A DNA stretch of 32,000 nt, taken from Methanocaldococcus jannaschii DSM 2661 (lineage in GTDB: Archaea > AGJL01 > Methanococci > Methanococcales > Methanocaldococcaceae). Of this stretch, positions 29,552-32,000 are shown piece by piece (within the stretch, counting starts at the first letter, position 1; each line of letters opens with the position of its first letter). The position numbers and the translations under genes are program-made. Location: contig NC_000909.1 in the NCBI RefSeq assembly GCF_000091665.1, forward strand, positions 996,629-1,028,628, written 5' to 3'. Below the pieces are notes generated by a model. It was given only the letters and a program-made list of their open reading frames with translations. It had not been told where the DNA came from and made no database searches.

Positions 29552-29564
29552 AATAGGGCTTGTT

Positions 29565-30503
29565 ATGATAATTGAAACACCATCAAAAGTTATACTATTC
29601 GGAGAGCATGCAGTTGTTTATGGTTATAGAGCTATATCTATGGCTATTGATTTAACATCAACCATAGAAATAAAAGAAACACAAGAAGATGAGATAATTT
29701 TAAACCTAAATGACTTGAATAAAAGCTTAGGTTTGAACTTAAATGAGATAAAAAATATCAATCCAAATAACTTTGGAGATTTTAAATACTGCCTCTGTGC
29801 AATTAAAAACACTTTAGATTATTTAAATATAGAGCCAAAAACTGGTTTTAAAATTAACATTAGCTCAAAAATTCCAATAAGTTGTGGTTTGGGAAGCTCT
29901 GCCTCAATAACAATTGGAACTATAAAAGCTGTAAGTGGATTTTATAATAAAGAGCTTAAAGATGATGAGATTGCAAAACTTGGATATATGGTTGAGAAAG
30001 AAATCCAAGGTAAGGCAAGCATTACAGACACTTCGACAATAACGTATAAAGGTATCTTAGAAATAAAAAACAACAAGTTTAGAAAAATTAAAGGAGAGTT
30101 TGAAGAATTTTTAAAAAATTGCAAGTTTTTAATTGTTTATGCTGAAAAAAGGAAGAAAAAAACTGCTGAGTTAGTTAATGAAGTTGCCAAGATTGAAAAT
30201 AAAGATGAGATATTTAAAGAGATAGACAAAGTTATTGATGAAGCTTTAAAAATCAAAAATAAAGAAGATTTTGGGAAATTGATGACTAAAAACCACGAGT
30301 TGTTAAAAAAGCTAAATATCTCAACACCAAAACTTGATAGAATTGTAGATATTGGGAATAGATTTGGTTTTGGGGCAAAATTAACTGGAGCTGGAGGGGG
30401 AGGATGTGTAATAATCTTAGTTAATGAAGAAAAAGAGAAAGAGCTTTTAAAAGAACTAAATAAAGAAGATGTAAGGATTTTTAACTGCAGAATGATGAAT
30501 TAA
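29565..30503 (+). CDS. mvk: Mevalonate kinase (GHMP kinase)
   Basis: PSKVILFGEHAVVYGYRAISMAIDL, KISSKIPISCGLGSSASITIGTI, GAKLTGAGGGGCVIILV. Confidence 0.93.
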   Translation: MIIETPSKVILFGEHAVVYGYRAISMAIDLTSTIEIKETQEDEIILNLNDLNKSLGLNLNEIKNINPNNFGDFKYCLCAIKNTLDYLNIEPKTGFKINISSKIPISCGLGSSASITIGTIKAVSGFYNKELKDDEIAKLGYMVEKEIQGKASITDTSTITYKGILEIKNNKFRKIKGEFEEFLKNCKFLIVYAEKRKKKTAELVNEVAKIENKDEIFKEIDKVIDEALKIKNKEDFGKLMTKNHELLKKLNISTPKLDRIVDIGNRFGFGAKLTGAGGGGCVIILVNEEKEKELLKELNKEDVRIFNCRMMN

Positions 30504-30504
30504 A

Positions 30505-31344
30505 TTAACATTTCTCTTTTAGATAATTTACAATATTCCTCCTAACCTCTCCAATTGTAAATCCCCATTCAATTGGAATATTATCCTTTTTATTTAAAAT
30601 TTCAATTAAATGAGCTACCCTTGGTAATCTTAAATTTGCCTTTCTTATAGTCTCAACATCGCTAAAAACTTCTTTTGGTGTTCCCTCCTTCAAAATTTTT
30701 CCATCATACATAACATAAACTTTGTCAGCATAGACAGGAACTAAATCTACATCATGCGTTGAGATTATTATGGTCATGCCCTTTTTATTCAAATCGTATA
30801 GAAGTTTCATTATTTTTGATGCTCCAACAGGGTCTAAGCCAGCTGTTGGTTCATCCAAAACAATAACCTCAGGCTGCATAGCTAAAATACCTGCTATAGC
30901 CACTCTCTTTTTTTGTCCTCCACTTAAATGATGAGGAGGTTTATTTTCAAAACCTTCCATTCCTACAGCTTTTAACGCCTCTTTAACTCTCTTCTCAACT
31001 TCTTCTTTAGGCAAGCCAAGATTTAAAGGTCCAAATGCCACGTCCTCCTTAACTGTAGGGGCGAATATCTGATCATCGGGATTCTGAAACACCAATCCAA
31101 CCGTCTTTCTAACTTCCACCAAGCTTTTTTTATCATATTTTATTGGCTTGCCTTTTATTAAAACCTCTCCTTTTGTAGGTCTTAGAATTCCATTGAAGTG
31201 TAAAAATAAGGTTGATTTTCCAGCTCCATTAGGGCCGAGTAAAGAGACCATTTCTCCTTTTTTTACTTTAAAATTTATTCCTTTTAAAACCGCTGTTCCA
31301 TCAGGATATCTAAAATATAAATCCTTTGTTTCAACTATATACAT
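30505..31344 (-). CDS. cbiO: Cobalt/nickel ECF transporter ATP-binding protein
   Basis: LLGPNGAGKSTLFLHFNG, GLVFQNPDDQIFAPTVKEDVAFGP, HHLSGGQKKRVAIAGILAMQPEVIVLDEPTAGLDP, ISTHDVDLVP. Confidence 0.92.
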   Translation of the reverse strand: MYIVETKDLYFRYPDGTAVLKGINFKVKKGEMVSLLGPNGAGKSTLFLHFNGILRPTKGEVLIKGKPIKYDKKSLVEVRKTVGLVFQNPDDQIFAPTVKEDVAFGPLNLGLPKEEVEKRVKEALKAVGMEGFENKPPHHLSGGQKKRVAIAGILAMQPEVIVLDEPTAGLDPVGASKIMKLLYDLNKKGMTIIISTHDVDLVPVYADKVYVMYDGKILKEGTPKEVFSDVETIRKANLRLPRVAHLIEILNKKDNIPIEWGFTIGEVRRNIVNYLKEKC

Positions 31345-31353
31345 TTATTCCAC

Positions 31354-32000
31354 CTAAATTTTTATGTATGATGTTAGTGTAAAGTCCTTTGTTAAATAAG
31401 CCAATATTATTAAAAATATATCGAATATTGCAATGAATAAGATATATTTAATTGAGGGATTTTCAATTGTTTGCAATAACTTTATTTTTCCATCATAACA
31501 TCTTGACATCATTGTAATATTTAGTTTTTCTCCCTTTTCCCATGCTCTAATAAACAAATGAGCGGCTAAGGCACCAAGAGATTTGTATGTTGATTTTAAG
31601 TTTGAGGTTCCTAATCTTGATTCCTGAGCAAATTTCATCTTTTCATATTCTTCATATAAAACAAAGATGTATCTATATATAAGCATCATCATATCAACTA
31701 AAACATCGGGCATCTTCAACTCTCTAAATATATAAAATAATTCAACCATTGGTGTTGTAAAAGCCAAAAATAACATGCTACTAACTCCACCAAGCATTCT
31801 TCCAAATAATAAAAGTCCTAATTCAATCCCATCTTTATACACAGGAATTTCAAAGCCAAAAACATTTATTTTAAACCATTCAACTGTCCCAAATAAAAAT
31901 GCAAATATTACTAAATTTAATATACCGAATCCAAGAGGAATACCTACAAACACGGCATAAATCTTCTTTGGGACTTTTGCTTTAAACAGTAGTAGTATTG
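31354..32000 (-). CDS. cbiQ: Cobalt/nickel ECF transporter transmembrane protein, 5' end cut by window edge
   Basis: CbiQ-like ESRLGTSNLKSTYKSLGALAAHLFIRAWEKGEKLNITMMSRCYDG. Frame stays open to 32000 (...ILLLFKAKVPKKIYAVFVGIPLGFG), so the listed GTG at 31953 is probably internal. Confidence 0.87.
   Translation of the reverse strand, partial: ILLLFKAKVPKKIYAVFVGIPLGFGILNLVIFAFLFGTVEWFKINVFGFEIPVYKDGIELGLLLFGRMLGGVSSMLFLAFTTPMVELFYIFRELKMPDVLVDMMMLIYRYIFVLYEEYEKMKFAQESRLGTSNLKSTYKSLGALAAHLFIRAWEKGEKLNITMMSRCYDGKIKLLQTIENPSIKYILFIAIFDIFLIILAYLTKDFTLTSYIKI

Noticed and set aside
29624-29812. Minus-strand ORF inside the mevalonate kinase gene, and similar plus-strand ORFs opposite the minus-strand genes (for example 15838, 17264, 17955, 18345, 21098)
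   Set aside because: All lie antisense to well supported genes and have the Ser/Phe/Ile-rich composition typical of shadow frames in AT-rich DNA.

Overview
This window is chromosomal DNA from a hyperthermophilic methanogen. Low GC, GGTG-type ribosome sites, a type-2 SerRS and the gene order (as I recall it, matching about MJ1057-MJ1089 of Methanocaldococcus jannaschii) all point to Methanocaldococcus. Bases 1-14175 form a surface-glycan/glycoprotein locus. Its core is an apparently complete pseudaminic-acid-type nonulosonate pathway: 4,6-dehydratase, aminotransferase, fused hydrolase-acetyltransferase, sialate-type synthase and cytidylyltransferase. Around it are an extra hexapeptide acyltransferase, a flippase, several glycosyltransferases, a NodU-type carbamoyltransferase and an unusual GT-B-like protein with HP and SST motifs. 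The rest is mostly core genome: RIO2 kinase, trpE, an AAA+ ATPase, methanogen-type SerRS, a TctA-like protein, YjbQ, an HTH regulator, a flavoprotein, aroE, a 14-residue-repeat/NYN-like protein paired with a nucleotidyltransferase, mevalonate kinase and cbiO/cbiQ. The items I consider most worth checking are: (1) RIO2 appears to extend 25-26 codons upstream of its first ATG, behind a strong Shine-Dalgarno but with no ATG/GTG/TTG start; (2) a lysylphosphatidylglycerol-synthase-like gene is broken by a +1 shift, a -1 shift and a perfect 11-bp tandem duplication; (3) a 313-aa protein resembles the C-terminal part of archaeal RecJ but lacks the DHH nuclease domain; (4) a small coiled-coil/TM family flanks RIO2 and includes a copy interrupted by one in-frame TAA; (5) a helical-repeat protein with an apparently altered NYN/PIN active site overlaps a nucleotidyltransferase gene. 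I saw no CRISPR array, no tRNA/rRNA and no intact mobile element.
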